From: a virus
Taxonomy: Duplodnaviria > Caudoviricetes
Reading direction: 5' to 3' (one strand)
DNA: 48,430 nucleotides
IMG/VR virus record: IMGVR_UViG_3300022539_000112
Coordinates: 1 to 48,430 of that record
Shown: piece after piece, positions 37,901 to 46,230 of the stretch
Position numbering within the stretch: position 1 is the stretch's first letter
Layout of the letters: the number at the start of each line of letters is the position of its first letter
Position numbers and translations under genes: made by a program
The notes under the pieces: model-generated
The model's database searches: none
Told to the model about the DNA's origin: nothing
Seen by the model: the letters and a program-made list of their open reading frames with translations, nothing else

Positions 37901-39279
37901 TCAATCCATACTCTTTGGTTAAAGTACAACTACGGGGCAAGAAACTTTATAAGACCCAAGACGCTTTGGTAGAACGTGCCGTTGCCGCAGGATTACAAAT
38001 TCAATCTGGCTTTGGGTTGGCAAGAGATTTACGTAAGTCAATGAAGGAAACTGCTGCTTGGGAATTTATTAAACCATTACGAGCAATTGAAGAATGGTCT
38101 GATAAGCATTTGTGGCAAGGAACGGTTAGAAATGCTCAAATAGGTTTGTTTGAAACTCTGACGAAGAAAATAGCAAAAGAGCAGCCAGCTTGGTCACAGG
38201 ATAAAGTTGATAGGACTACAACAACTTACATCAATACTCTTTTGGGCACTATCCCCCATACGTGGTTTAGCAAAACCGGACGGGAAGTATCGTCCGTGCT
38301 TTTGTTTGCAAGAAACTGGACGCTATCTAATATAGATATGGTCGTTAAGGCGGCAACTTATGGTCGCAAGGGTATGGGTATGAAGACCCTTACCAAAGAA
38401 GAGCAAACTCGAATCGGCAAGGAATATCAAAAGCATCTCTTAAAAGGATTTGCCGGATTGATGTTGTTTTCCAATATGTTGCAATTGGCTTTTCTTCTTA
38501 TTACTAACAAACTTAAAAGAGATAAAATTATTGAAGGTTCGGAAGTTGAATTACATACCACGTTCCAGAATGAAAAGAAACATTGGTACGATATAGATAC
38601 TGGTCTTGATACCAAAAAGGGGCAAAGAGTCTATCTGGTAGCACCATTTTTTAGATACATCAGGGATTATATTGGTTGGGCATCTGAGCCAGCAAAAACT
38701 TTATACAATAAGATTGAGCCAGTATTGAAAAATACTATTGAAACGGTAGCTAATTATAGTGTTTGGCAGAAAAAACAGATTTCCAAAGAAGGTGCTCCGA
38801 CTTGGGAAAGTATAAAACAACGAATGGAATATTTCGTCAAAGGCATTACGCCGTCAGCCGTTTTTGCTGCTCGCCCTGGTTATGTACCTACAAAGTTTGA
38901 ATGGCTAATCCCATTTTCGGGCACTTGGATAAGACGTGGCGCTCCCGGTGGTAAGTTCACTGGTCTTATGTGGGACTTCCGGAGTAAGCGAGGTTACAAA
39001 AAAAGCAAAGTAGATGAAAAGATAGATGAATATTTGCAAAGAGGTGATTTCAAAAATGCTGTAATTACAATGGCCAAAGAAAAACGATATATGACCACAC
39101 AAGGTATGAAGATGCGGATACTCGAAACAATAGCGCCCTTGAATTATTATTGGCAGACTTCAGGCAAAAGAGAAAAGGCAATATTCCTTATGTGGTTAAG
39201 GGAAAATGGCCATTCAACGAGAGACTTACAAAAGGATTTAGGGCGGGAATTGGAAGAATTAGCTAATAGAGAAAATTGA
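34945..39279 (+). CDS. large internal virion/ejection protein with ADP-ribosyltransferase-like module (polyvalent protein)
   Basis: ~1444 aa; LFHGT...GIYFT...Y...GYDG...EYIIF at ~36214-36560; start at TAATG overlap. Confidence 0.8.
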   Translation: MIDFNDLIPKAIPASPPIDFGDLMPQGSLDAMEPLDPNMTGTALMDEIGKGRRPEPVDMPEIVDPQGLTGDILRPKGEKPLRAAWQIPKGLAGGVEQMVGTAGTMMRAMAEKASIGDILTRHTDLPFGAGAIAEYIVRKFGPKAPAEFFDKQMEKYAKQGEKWADFWEEQANKGWEAPEPEIMNAKWREMPVTKGAATISRAVPNYLAAIGLSTLTKNPQAGLLFISATSSAGAYRRQRKAGAGVTKAQAIATMTGAWEYVTELVPFQEIFKPAKSTFNKMFKLGTMEAAQEFVQGIGENFLEYFGYKAKDLKSVPDAVKEGLQHAMDNWRENVVAGAGLGIMGGGVSTGLPAMDKSIIEKAKQKSIEEFQTEQERLYQIEKAKPTPTEAIVVPSKPVAPITKPKAKITPAKAEGEIAVAEGKVRLFHGTPDKTLDLQSLKEKKSTQGIGIYFTDSAKEASKYKKTGKIIEVEAENLNLWNNQKATKAEQNKLGDLYDKYAKQLGERGEKAMNMALKELGYDGKVIEITPTRNEYIIFESSKDKLTVAQPVAKAEPAKKQFLEMTREEQVEYVDSLRKKPIQELSLADYRDMHAKRFLPGASQWERGYIKNRASIDADYRKAIKAAKETEPVKPKPSESANAFEQPISPVTEFEESKKDIKRKLRAKPGFAMIPSANEFKEIGNELKDIAKSISKPQEDVVIDVAGAIEKWRANTNLAGLYADWSQASLKKIKATAKQATDVDNWLDNPVTYQEVFDKLPDKVKGLGRTLKEDYEKLKNIAKDNDILQTWVDNYTPHLYKDNWTRLKRTLWPVGGKLGTKFRHAKQRVFKTMDEARKAGLHPITDPIVKNATYKYQLFKTLANKNLLETLKKMKREDGLPLIMGRPKNVDKLRIYENEYEWVNVPGLQRFMYVGEAGEMPMLVRQSAKADPQVAKVLNNVFAPWTPRAKWVRGYMWLRGRVKRLIMYNPLIHSWNIWSDVFDEVNFNPYSLVKVQLRGKKLYKTQDALVERAVAAGLQIQSGFGLARDLRKSMKETAAWEFIKPLRAIEEWSDKHLWQGTVRNAQIGLFETLTKKIAKEQPAWSQDKVDRTTTTYINTLLGTIPHTWFSKTGREVSSVLLFARNWTLSNIDMVVKAATYGRKGMGMKTLTKEEQTRIGKEYQKHLLKGFAGLMLFSNMLQLAFLLITNKLKRDKIIEGSEVELHTTFQNEKKHWYDIDTGLDTKKGQRVYLVAPFFRYIRDYIGWASEPAKTLYNKIEPVLKNTIETVANYSVWQKKQISKEGAPTWESIKQRMEYFVKGITPSAVFAARPGYVPTKFEWLIPFSGTWIRRGAPGGKFTGLMWDFRSKRGYKKSKVDEKIDEYLQRGDFKNAVITMAKEKRYMTTQGMKMRILETIAPLNYYWQTSGKREKAIFLMWLRENGHSTRDLQKDLGRELEELANREN

Positions 39280-39280
39280 A

Positions 39281-39568
39281 ATGAAAAAAGAAACATCAGA
39301 GATAATAAAGACCTTTGTAGTAGTTTTAGGTGTTGTATTTGTAATGATAGCTTTTGGCACAAAGCTCGGCCGGGCGGAGAAAAGCGTAGAGACTTTGTGC
39401 GAAACTGTAAAGAGTATGCACGATAGACAACAGGTAATTGTAGTGGAACAAGCTAATATCAAGCAACAACAGGCATATCAAAAAGGTGTAGTTAATACTA
39501 AATTAGAGAACCTTGAAAAAGGTATTATGCGAATCGAATCCATCGTCAGCCAGTGGGAACCGGAATGA
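39281..39568 (+). CDS. membrane-anchored coiled-coil protein (holin/spanin-like)
   Basis: One N-terminal TM helix plus coiled coil, end of late operon. Confidence 0.55.
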   Translation: MKKETSEIIKTFVVVLGVVFVMIAFGTKLGRAEKSVETLCETVKSMHDRQQVIVVEQANIKQQQAYQKGVVNTKLENLEKGIMRIESIVSQWEPE

Positions 39569-39674
39569 AAAAATTAAAACATAAACCGAAAAAGAAAATA
39601 GCACCGAAGAAGAAAAAGCCCTTGAAAAAACGTAGTTGGGGCGATAAAATGAAATAGTTAGAAAGGAGTAAGAA

Positions 39675-40103
39675 ATGAAAAATGTATTATTGGCAGTAGC
39701 GTTGGTAGCCCTGCTTGTTGCAGGATGTAGTGACCAATACACCGCATCAGTTCACGGTGGCGGCGGTATCGGTGTACGGATCGGGAATATTATAGATGCG
39801 AACAGGGTAGAGGTTGGTGTCGGCGGTTTTTGGTTAGATAGCGAAAGAGACCCACAGAGTCTCGAATTTTACGCAATAAGGTACGGGCCGAATATTATTG
39901 AAGTAACCAATCCGTTTGCTGCCGGGCCTGATAAACTCAATGGAAGACCTTATTTCGGTGCATCTATCGAGAGGAATTTAGACTTGGATTCAACAAATTT
40001 CTCACCAATCACCGGGATTTCCCTTGAGCAATTTCTATATGCCGAATACAACATTAACAAAGAGGATGCGATACTCGGCATAAAGTACAAGTGGGAATTT
40101 TAG
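39675..40103 (+). CDS. lipoprotein-signal, beta-barrel-like outer membrane protein
   Basis: Lipobox LVAGC; amphipathic strands; C-terminal GIKYKWEF. Confidence 0.65.
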   Translation: MKNVLLAVALVALLVAGCSDQYTASVHGGGGIGVRIGNIIDANRVEVGVGGFWLDSERDPQSLEFYAIRYGPNIIEVTNPFAAGPDKLNGRPYFGASIERNLDLDSTNFSPITGISLEQFLYAEYNINKEDAILGIKYKWEF

Positions 40104-40123
40104 TTCAGCAATCCTCCTCCTTA

Positions 40124-40158
40124 AGTGGTCAGGGTCTCCGGCTCTGGCCACTATTTTT
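40124..40158 (+). terminator. intrinsic terminator ending late operon
   Basis: AGTGGTCAGGGT/GCTCTGGCCACT stem plus T-run. Confidence 0.7.
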
Positions 40159-40231
40159 CTAAAAAACTTTCGCTCATAACCCCCTAAAAGACAAGGGGTT
40201 GTAAAAAAGTTATTTTTTTCTAAAGATTTAT

Positions 40232-40395
40232 TTGACAACTGCCGAAGAATAGTGTAGTTTGTTATTTGATAACAAGTTAATAAGGACAGTAAAAAATGCG
40301 AAACAGAAACTTATCCCAAATTAGTATGAAGCCGAGGGCGGTTTGTCCTTCAATCCTGAAGTATGGTTTCGCAGCCCCGTCCTCGGTTTTTTTAT
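40232..40395 (+). promoter_or_regulatory. promoter plus leader with attenuator-like hairpin
   Basis: TTGACA-17nt-TAGTTT; 13-bp stem 40329-40341/40377-40389 plus T-run; loop carries TGTCCTT and GTTTCGCA complementary to leader RBS and start region. Confidence 0.7.
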
Positions 40396-40419
40396 TAACC
40401 TTTAATTTAGGAGAAAGAA

Positions 40420-40722
40420 ATGTTCAAGAAACTGTTACACAGAATTACTGTTGTTTGGTGTCTTTATGGTTTGGTTCGTGTATGCATCATCGCCAATCCT
40501 TTGGCGTTTCGGCTTATCAAGATATTCAAGCCATTGTGGGATGATAATTCCAGGTGGTCACATTTAGAAGATGAGCCTTGGAATATGGCTGACCCTTTTC
40601 ATATTGTTTGTGTATGGTTTTGGGTAGCTGTTGGTATAGTCGTTATTATGGCTATTTCGGCTGGAATCCATCACTTTGCAAATTGGTTTTTCAATACAGC
40701 AAACGAGAACGAAGAAGCATAA
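40420..40722 (+). CDS. two-TM membrane protein
   Basis: AGGAG RBS; two hydrophobic segments. Confidence 0.7.
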   Translation: MFKKLLHRITVVWCLYGLVRVCIIANPLAFRLIKIFKPLWDDNSRWSHLEDEPWNMADPFHIVCVWFWVAVGIVVIMAISAGIHHFANWFFNTANENEEA

Positions 40723-40822
40723 GGGACGGCGGCGGAAAGCCACGTACTGAATCCCTCCGGTGTAACCAACCATCGGGAAGGGTGGGTACATAAAGTCAGG
40801 GGAAGCTCCTGGCCCGTCCCTT
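40721..40822 (+). ncRNA. cloverleaf/tRNA-like structured RNA
   Basis: Closing stem AAGGGACGG/CCGTCCCTT, GGC-GGAAA-GCC arm, long central arm, GTCAGG-7nt-CCTGGC arm. Confidence 0.5.
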
Positions 40823-40852
40823 TTTAACCCCTATGGCGTATTTAAGGAGAAA

Positions 40853-41035
40853 ATGATGCACAAAATGACAAGGCAGGAATATCTCGAAAGCAAAAAAAAG
40901 ACTAAGAGTCTTCGTGGTGGTGGAGTTTTTATAGCTTTAACCAAAGATGAACGTGATGAACTTGGTTCTAAAGCTGAGAAACTTGATGTAACAATGGTAA
41001 ATTATGCTAAGAGTAGGATTTTTTATGATGATTGA
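40853..41035 (+). CDS. ribbon-helix-helix-like DNA-binding protein
   Basis: VFIALTKDERDELGSKAEKLDVTMVNYAK. Confidence 0.65.
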   Translation: MMHKMTRQEYLESKKKTKSLRGGGVFIALTKDERDELGSKAEKLDVTMVNYAKSRIFYDD

Positions 41036-41094
41036 TTTTGAGCTTACGGCCTTGGCACGGAGGCCAGGCCGAGGCTCTTAAAGGAGATAGACCT

Positions 41095-41586
41095 ATGAAA
41101 GAGGCAATAGCGTTGTTGGAAAAGGCAGAAACTAAATTACTTTGTACTGATGATAGATTACGGCCTTTGGGTGATATTCAGAAAGCCCTCGCCATCTTGA
41201 AGCAACCTAAAGCCCAGCCAACGGAGTTTACGAAGAAAGTCCGATTGAATTTAGAAAACTGGGGGCAAGACTTAGGGACTCAAGATGTCCGCATTATGAC
41301 TATTGTGGCCTGGCTCAAGGAAGCCTGCAAGCAACTCGACACATCCGAGGCAGAGATAAAGACTTTTGCAGATTGGCGATTAAACTTAGAAAAACAAGCC
41401 AAAATAGACAATGCCATAGTTAAAGATGCAAGAGATCGTCTCGACGAATCCGAGGCAAGTCGTAAAGGACTGCTGGAAGAATTGAAACTAATTATTGCTC
41501 TACTTTGTCACCCAGGGAGTTTTGTTACATCGGTTGATATAGATAGAGCAAAAGATTTGATAGCCAAAGAGGGGAAAGAGAAATGA
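41095..41586 (+). CDS. hypothetical coiled-coil protein
   Basis: Start at 41095 after AAGGAG. Confidence 0.7.
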   Translation: MKEAIALLEKAETKLLCTDDRLRPLGDIQKALAILKQPKAQPTEFTKKVRLNLENWGQDLGTQDVRIMTIVAWLKEACKQLDTSEAEIKTFADWRLNLEKQAKIDNAIVKDARDRLDESEASRKGLLEELKLIIALLCHPGSFVTSVDIDRAKDLIAKEGKEK

Positions 41587-41688
41587 ATAAAGCATTCCAA
41601 GCCCACCGTATCTCGAACCGCTTCTTACTCAGTACATTTCTCGGTGGGCTTTTATTAGCAATCGTAACTTTTACGAAAGGAAACGAAG

Positions 41689-42159
41689 ATGAATAAGCAA
41701 GAAATCCAAGAACTAACCCAAAGATTAGACGCAAATATAGAAAAGGGTAGAAACTTGATAGTAGAAGCCGAAGGACTTAAAGTTATAATATCCAAACTTG
41801 CCGAGGCCGAGAAGCCGAAACGTAGGCACGGGGACTTTGGGTTAGAAGAGGATGGAGAAACGAGTTATCCGAGACTGATAACTAATCCTGCGAGCGTAAC
41901 TGGCCTTACTGTATCTAATAAGTATGGCGAAATACCACCAGGCAATAAAATTACAACCATTTTCGGCAACATCTTCGACATTATGAAGGACTGGGGTGAG
42001 GACTTGGAAGATGGCAGAGCTAATATAGATGGCTTTGTTATAGAAATTTGTGGTGACAGAATAGTTATTGGCGGTCGGCGTTTCCTTATTGACCAAGCTG
42101 AAGAGTTCTGGCACAGGCTCGGCCAAATAATAGCAATGAAGAAGAGGAAGCAATCATAA
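41689..42159 (+). CDS. hypothetical protein
   Basis: AAGGA RBS, 156 aa. Confidence 0.7.
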   Translation: MNKQEIQELTQRLDANIEKGRNLIVEAEGLKVIISKLAEAEKPKRRHGDFGLEEDGETSYPRLITNPASVTGLTVSNKYGEIPPGNKITTIFGNIFDIMKDWGEDLEDGRANIDGFVIEICGDRIVIGGRRFLIDQAEEFWHRLGQIIAMKKRKQS

Positions 42160-42196
42160 CCGTAGTAAGGAATTAGCGGGAGAAGAGAGGTAAATT

Positions 42197-42457
42197 ATGA
42201 AAAAACAAGTAGAAAAACCAGCATTAGTAGAGTTCAAAGAGCATTCGGTACAGCTTAGGACTGAAATGGAAGCCGAAAAAGACCCACACAAAAGAAGAAT
42301 ATTGAGATTCAAGCTCAAGTCAGCGAAGTTCTGGGAGCGGTTATTAGAGGGCTTGATATTTGCTCTGATAATCGCAATCATTTCCGGCTGCAACGCAATC
42401 GAAGGCGCTCGTATGGACATACATCAATGGACTGATACACCGGCACATCACAAGTAA
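42197..42457 (+). CDS. membrane protein with entericidin-like C-terminus
   Basis: TM helix then ISGCNAIEGARMDI. Confidence 0.6.
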   Translation: MKKQVEKPALVEFKEHSVQLRTEMEAEKDPHKRRILRFKLKSAKFWERLLEGLIFALIIAIISGCNAIEGARMDIHQWTDTPAHHK

Positions 42458-42471
42458 GGAGAAATGAGAAA

Positions 42472-42666
42472 ATGCGAATAAATGTCAAAATGATAAAGAG
42501 TTATCCTGTATTGTTTGTTGAAGGAAATGGCGAAGCTGATGCTTTTGAATTGGGACAATTAGAAAACCAGTTAAGAATAGCAGAAGTATCTCATTCGCAT
42601 TCCTATTGCGACCCGGTACAAGTCAAAATTCCATTAGAATTAAAAGTGGAAAAGACGGGTAACTAA
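42472..42666 (+). CDS. hypothetical protein
   Basis: Operon context, RBS. Confidence 0.6.
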   Translation: MRINVKMIKSYPVLFVEGNGEADAFELGQLENQLRIAEVSHSHSYCDPVQVKIPLELKVEKTGN

Positions 42667-42782
42667 GAACACCGAGCGGCGGCTAAAAGCAAAAGAAAAA
42701 GGATGCTAAAAACTGGGAATGTAAAAACAGTAAATTTTCGTAAAGCCCAAGGAGGGGCGCTGCCGCTTTTTTAAGGTAACTA

Positions 42783-43028
42783 ATGGATAATGACATTATG
42801 AATTTCGGGCATAATAGTTTTGTGACCTGGACAACTGGCTTGAAAGAAAGGATAGAGAAAATGCCTGACCCTGAATATATATGTTTAAGCTGTGGCAGGA
42901 CTATGCAAGAATGGGAATTGTGGAAGTGCCATAATTCTGATTGCGATGAAAGTATATGTCCTGGCTGTGGCGGTGAAGTATCGACAATCGTAGAATACGA
43001 TGAGGCGCAGAAAGCTAATGCAGATTAA
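42783..43028 (+). CDS. zinc-finger hypothetical protein
   Basis: CLSCG...CPGCGG. Confidence 0.65.
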   Translation: MDNDIMNFGHNSFVTWTTGLKERIEKMPDPEYICLSCGRTMQEWELWKCHNSDCDESICPGCGGEVSTIVEYDEAQKANAD

Positions 43029-43197
43029 ATGTGCTATCTGTGGAAGAATATATAAGGCAAAAATAGCGAGAGGTGGAGATGGAACGCTATGGTTGCCGCG
43101 AAGACATAATCGAATCTTTACAAACAAAAAAATAAAATCTATTTGCCTTGGTAGTTTAGAGGAAGGCGAACTTATAGAGGAAAAAGAAGATGGCTAA
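43018..43197 (+). CDS. small hypothetical protein
   Basis: MQIKCAICG...H...CLGS, overlapping neighbours. Confidence 0.55.
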   Translation: MQIKCAICGRIYKAKIARGGDGTLWLPRRHNRIFTNKKIKSICLGSLEEGELIEEKEDG

Positions 43198-43345
43198 AGA
43201 AGTAATCTGCGAAGCTGACTGTCCGAATTGTGGCACAGTCTTAAAACTAACAAAAATGGGCTACACGATATGCCCTCACTGCAAAGAATTAGCGGCAGAG
43301 CTAACTGTAAACTGGGTAGCTATTAAGGATATGGTCAATGAGTAA
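43190..43345 (+). CDS. small zinc-ribbon protein (51 aa)
   Basis: GAGG RBS; CPNCG...CPHC; below ORF-track cutoff. Confidence 0.55.
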   Translation: MAKEVICEADCPNCGTVLKLTKMGYTICPHCKELAAELTVNWVAIKDMVNE

Positions 43346-43607
43346 TTTATCAAGAGCAGGCAAGACTTTAATTGTGGTTTTCGTAACGGTCTTTCTTTTA
43401 GGTTCCGTAGTCAAGTTGTTAGAAAGGCCAGAAATCGTTTACGTTCAAGACCCGAACTGCATCCCTTCGGTTATGGAAATCCAGCAGCGACTCAAAGACA
43501 CAGGCATTGCCAGATACGACCCAGGTAAAGTGGATGGTATCCCTGGGAAAATGACAGTAACGGCCTGGGACAATCATACTTGCGATAGATTCGCCAAAGG
43601 AGAATAA
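43338..43607 (+). CDS. membrane-anchored peptidoglycan-binding domain protein
   Basis: TM helix then VMEIQQRLKDTG...GKVDGIPGKMTVTAW (PG_binding_1-like). Confidence 0.7.
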   Translation: MSNLSRAGKTLIVVFVTVFLLGSVVKLLERPEIVYVQDPNCIPSVMEIQQRLKDTGIARYDPGKVDGIPGKMTVTAWDNHTCDRFAKGE

Positions 43608-43608
43608 T

Positions 43609-44091
43609 ATGGACTGGAGCGAATTTCCTAAGTCAACATTTTATCACCAAGAGCCCTTAAAGGAGAATGATATGGAATGTCCCTGTCGTAAATTACCAAA
43701 AGAGCAATGGTGTGACCATAGCGGCAAGGGTGGTTTTATGGGGCATACTTGCGTAAAGAAGAACTTGCCAGAGCAGAATCCAGTCGGATATTGTAGGAGC
43801 ATAATAACAGATAAGGAAATTGTAAAAAGCATAAAATTAGTCAAAGACAAAATCGAAATGAGATTGCGACAAAAACATCGAGGTTCATACATAAGCAATC
43901 ACGAGACTTTCGGCATTTTAGCTGAAGAATTTCATAAAGAGCTTTTGGATGCTCTCAAAGCAAATGATAATGAAGAATTTTTTACTGAGCTTATAGATAT
44001 TGCTGTTGGTGCTATTTTGGGAATGGCGAGTATGTATGCTAATGCCAAGCAAGCCCTTGAGGACAAAAATGCAAAAAAAACAATGCAGTAA
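43609..44091 (+). CDS. MazG-like all-alpha NTP pyrophosphohydrolase domain protein
   Basis: HETFGILAEEFHKELL...FTELIDIAV. Confidence 0.65.
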   Translation: MDWSEFPKSTFYHQEPLKENDMECPCRKLPKEQWCDHSGKGGFMGHTCVKKNLPEQNPVGYCRSIITDKEIVKSIKLVKDKIEMRLRQKHRGSYISNHETFGILAEEFHKELLDALKANDNEEFFTELIDIAVGAILGMASMYANAKQALEDKNAKKTMQ

Positions 44092-44476
44092 GTGTAAGCA
44101 AATAAAATCTATATTTGAGTTCTCCAAACACCATAAACACGGTTATCAGTATTGGTGCAAAGAATGTAAGCGAAAAAATGACTATAAAAATTCAGCCAAA
44201 GGTAAAGCTGTCCATAAACGACATAGACAAACTAAAAAATACAAAGCAAGGCACAAAAGATACTTGATACGCCATCCCGAATATAAAACAGCCAGAAATG
44301 CTGTAAGTAACGCAATTATAGCGGGGAAATTATCTCGCCCTAATATTTTCCATTGTCCTTGTGGCAAACAAGCTGAGCAATATCATCATCATTTGGGATA
44401 TGCGCCAGAGCATCGGCTTGATGTAATTCCAGTATGCTGTAAATGTCATTATAAATACAATAAAAAAATAGCTTAG
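44069..44476 (+). CDS. HNH-type endonuclease
   Basis: N-terminal CSKC..CKEC Zn finger, YHHHLGY...VIPVCCKCH; start after GAGGA. Confidence 0.8.
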   Translation: MQKKQCSKCKQIKSIFEFSKHHKHGYQYWCKECKRKNDYKNSAKGKAVHKRHRQTKKYKARHKRYLIRHPEYKTARNAVSNAIIAGKLSRPNIFHCPCGKQAEQYHHHLGYAPEHRLDVIPVCCKCHYKYNKKIA

Positions 44477-44492
44477 AAACGGAGAAACCATA

Positions 44493-44849
44493 ATGAACCA
44501 AATTAAAGATAGCAAAGCCAGAGCTTTAGCCCGAACCGGCGACCCTCAAACTTCAAAGGATGCTGCCGAGAAGATGGTCAAGAGTGGGGAATTGAATCGG
44601 CAGGAAAAGATGGTTTATGACCATATAGAATTGTGGTTGTTTTCTGGCAAAAACAAAGATTTTACTACTAAAAATATAGCAAGCGAAATTCCAATGCCTT
44701 ATCACAAAGCCTACGACATCTGCCGGAGGCGTTTCTCCGACCTTGAAATGAAGGACAAGATAGAACTTGTCTATGGCTTGATAGCTAAACCAGGTTTGGA
44801 TAGAATAGTCAAGCGGCGTGATGGTTGCCGAGTTTGGAGATTGAAATGA
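44493..44849 (+). CDS. winged-helix DNA-binding phage protein
   Basis: ARTGDPQTSKDAA ... RRFSDLE ... CRVW. Confidence 0.7.
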   Translation: MNQIKDSKARALARTGDPQTSKDAAEKMVKSGELNRQEKMVYDHIELWLFSGKNKDFTTKNIASEIPMPYHKAYDICRRRFSDLEMKDKIELVYGLIAKPGLDRIVKRRDGCRVWRLK

Positions 44850-45346
44850 AAATTGAACAAATCTTAATTCAGCCGATAGGCCAAAGGATCAACCCTGGTA
44901 TGTTAAGCATCAAAACATACAAGAAAACTTGGCAAGCTGGGGATATATGGTGGTCTCAAGTTATCTTAATGGACGAAACAGGCGAAATGCCGGCGGATGT
45001 TAATGTTGGTAAGACATACAATCCTATTCGAGGTCGCGGACAGAAAATCAATATAATTATAGCCGAAGTTCAAGAAGCTGAATATCTCGGCAAAGACAGG
45101 AAGAAACTCGTAGTTGACCAATACACGATACCCACAATGAGTATAGCCGAATACGAGACAAAGCAGGACGAAATGGATGATGAGGTAAAGCTCATAGTCC
45201 AGGGCAAGATTAGGCACGGGCTGGTCTGTGCTTTTATACATTCAAAGCAAATAGAACCTGATATGACTTCCGGCAAAGAACATATCCCCAAATCTGCAAA
45301 AGCAGTAATTAACGAAATAGTCGAATTCATTATGACAGGAGAATGA
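44846..45346 (+). CDS. hypothetical protein (OB-fold-like N-terminus)
   Basis: ATGA overlap; VILMDETGEM strand pattern. Confidence 0.6.
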   Translation: MKIEQILIQPIGQRINPGMLSIKTYKKTWQAGDIWWSQVILMDETGEMPADVNVGKTYNPIRGRGQKINIIIAEVQEAEYLGKDRKKLVVDQYTIPTMSIAEYETKQDEMDDEVKLIVQGKIRHGLVCAFIHSKQIEPDMTSGKEHIPKSAKAVINEIVEFIMTGE

Positions 45347-45347
45347 T

Positions 45348-45569
45348 ATGGCAAAGCTACCATATAGGCAACTGGCAATTTTGCACGGAAATCATTGGAG
45401 ACAAGAATCTTTCACGCAAAGAATTGCAACAAAGGAATGGAAGCAACTCCTTCTTAATAACGATGATAGTATAATTTTTGAAGGACTTACCCGCCGCCTA
45501 AAAGCAAAAAGGCTTGGTTATGGGGTAGTGGAAGTATCAAAAGCAGAGAAAGGTGGAATCTTAAAATGA
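45348..45569 (+). CDS. hypothetical protein
   Basis: AGGAG RBS. Confidence 0.65.
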   Translation: MAKLPYRQLAILHGNHWRQESFTQRIATKEWKQLLLNNDDSIIFEGLTRRLKAKRLGYGVVEVSKAEKGGILK

Positions 45570-45754
45570 ACGAAGGCGTCCCAGATTGCCCTGAATGTGG
45601 CGGCAAAGGTATGTGTGATTTGCATAAACTCGAATACAAACAACACGAAGCTATTGTAGCAATGACGGCTTATCGAGACGAACTATTAAAACAAGCAAAC
45701 AGAACAATAACAAACCTAAAAAAAACAGAAAGGAACCAAAATGAGAAGTTATGA
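45566..45754 (+). CDS. hypothetical protein
   Basis: ATGA overlap, CxxC. Confidence 0.55.
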   Translation: MNEGVPDCPECGGKGMCDLHKLEYKQHEAIVAMTAYRDELLKQANRTITNLKKTERNQNEKL

Positions 45755-46220
45755 CAAGTACAAGAGCTCAAAATTTATCCAGAAAAGCGAAATAGAAAAC
45801 AGCCCCCACGGAGCTATTTTGGTAACAATCGACAGAATTACCGAAGAAAACGTGGCTCCGGATAATCAGGCCGAAAGAATAAAGTACGTAATACATTTCG
45901 TAGAGGCTTTCAAACCCTGGGCACCGGGCACCGAGACTTTAGCAGTTATCAAACAGATTGCCGGGACTGGTAATGTAGATGATTGGTCTGGAACCAGGCT
46001 TGTATTATATATTGACCCGAATGTTTCTTTTCAGGGCAAAATTACCGGTGGTATTCGTTGTCGTGCGCCCAAGAATACGATAGCTGCTGACAACGCTCCT
46101 GAACCTGACCCCGAAATACAGAATGAACCTACCAAGGCCGAATTCTGTGATGAGTGTCATAACCTAAAGGAACAATGTATTTGTCCTTCGACACCAACAG
46201 GCGATGGTATTCCTTTTTGA
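45741..46220 (+). CDS. single-stranded DNA-binding-like protein
   Basis: Beta-rich core, acidic Pro-rich linker, C-terminal DGIPF as in SSB tails. Confidence 0.65.
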   Translation: MRSYDKYKSSKFIQKSEIENSPHGAILVTIDRITEENVAPDNQAERIKYVIHFVEAFKPWAPGTETLAVIKQIAGTGNVDDWSGTRLVLYIDPNVSFQGKITGGIRCRAPKNTIAADNAPEPDPEIQNEPTKAEFCDECHNLKEQCICPSTPTGDGIPF

Positions 46221-46230
46221 GGACAATTAG

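Noticed and set aside
41597-41652. Terminator-like hairpin with large loop as another antisense-loop attenuator
   Set aside because: The stem AAGCCCACCG/CGGTGGGCTT is real, but only a weak gapped complement (~42165) was found
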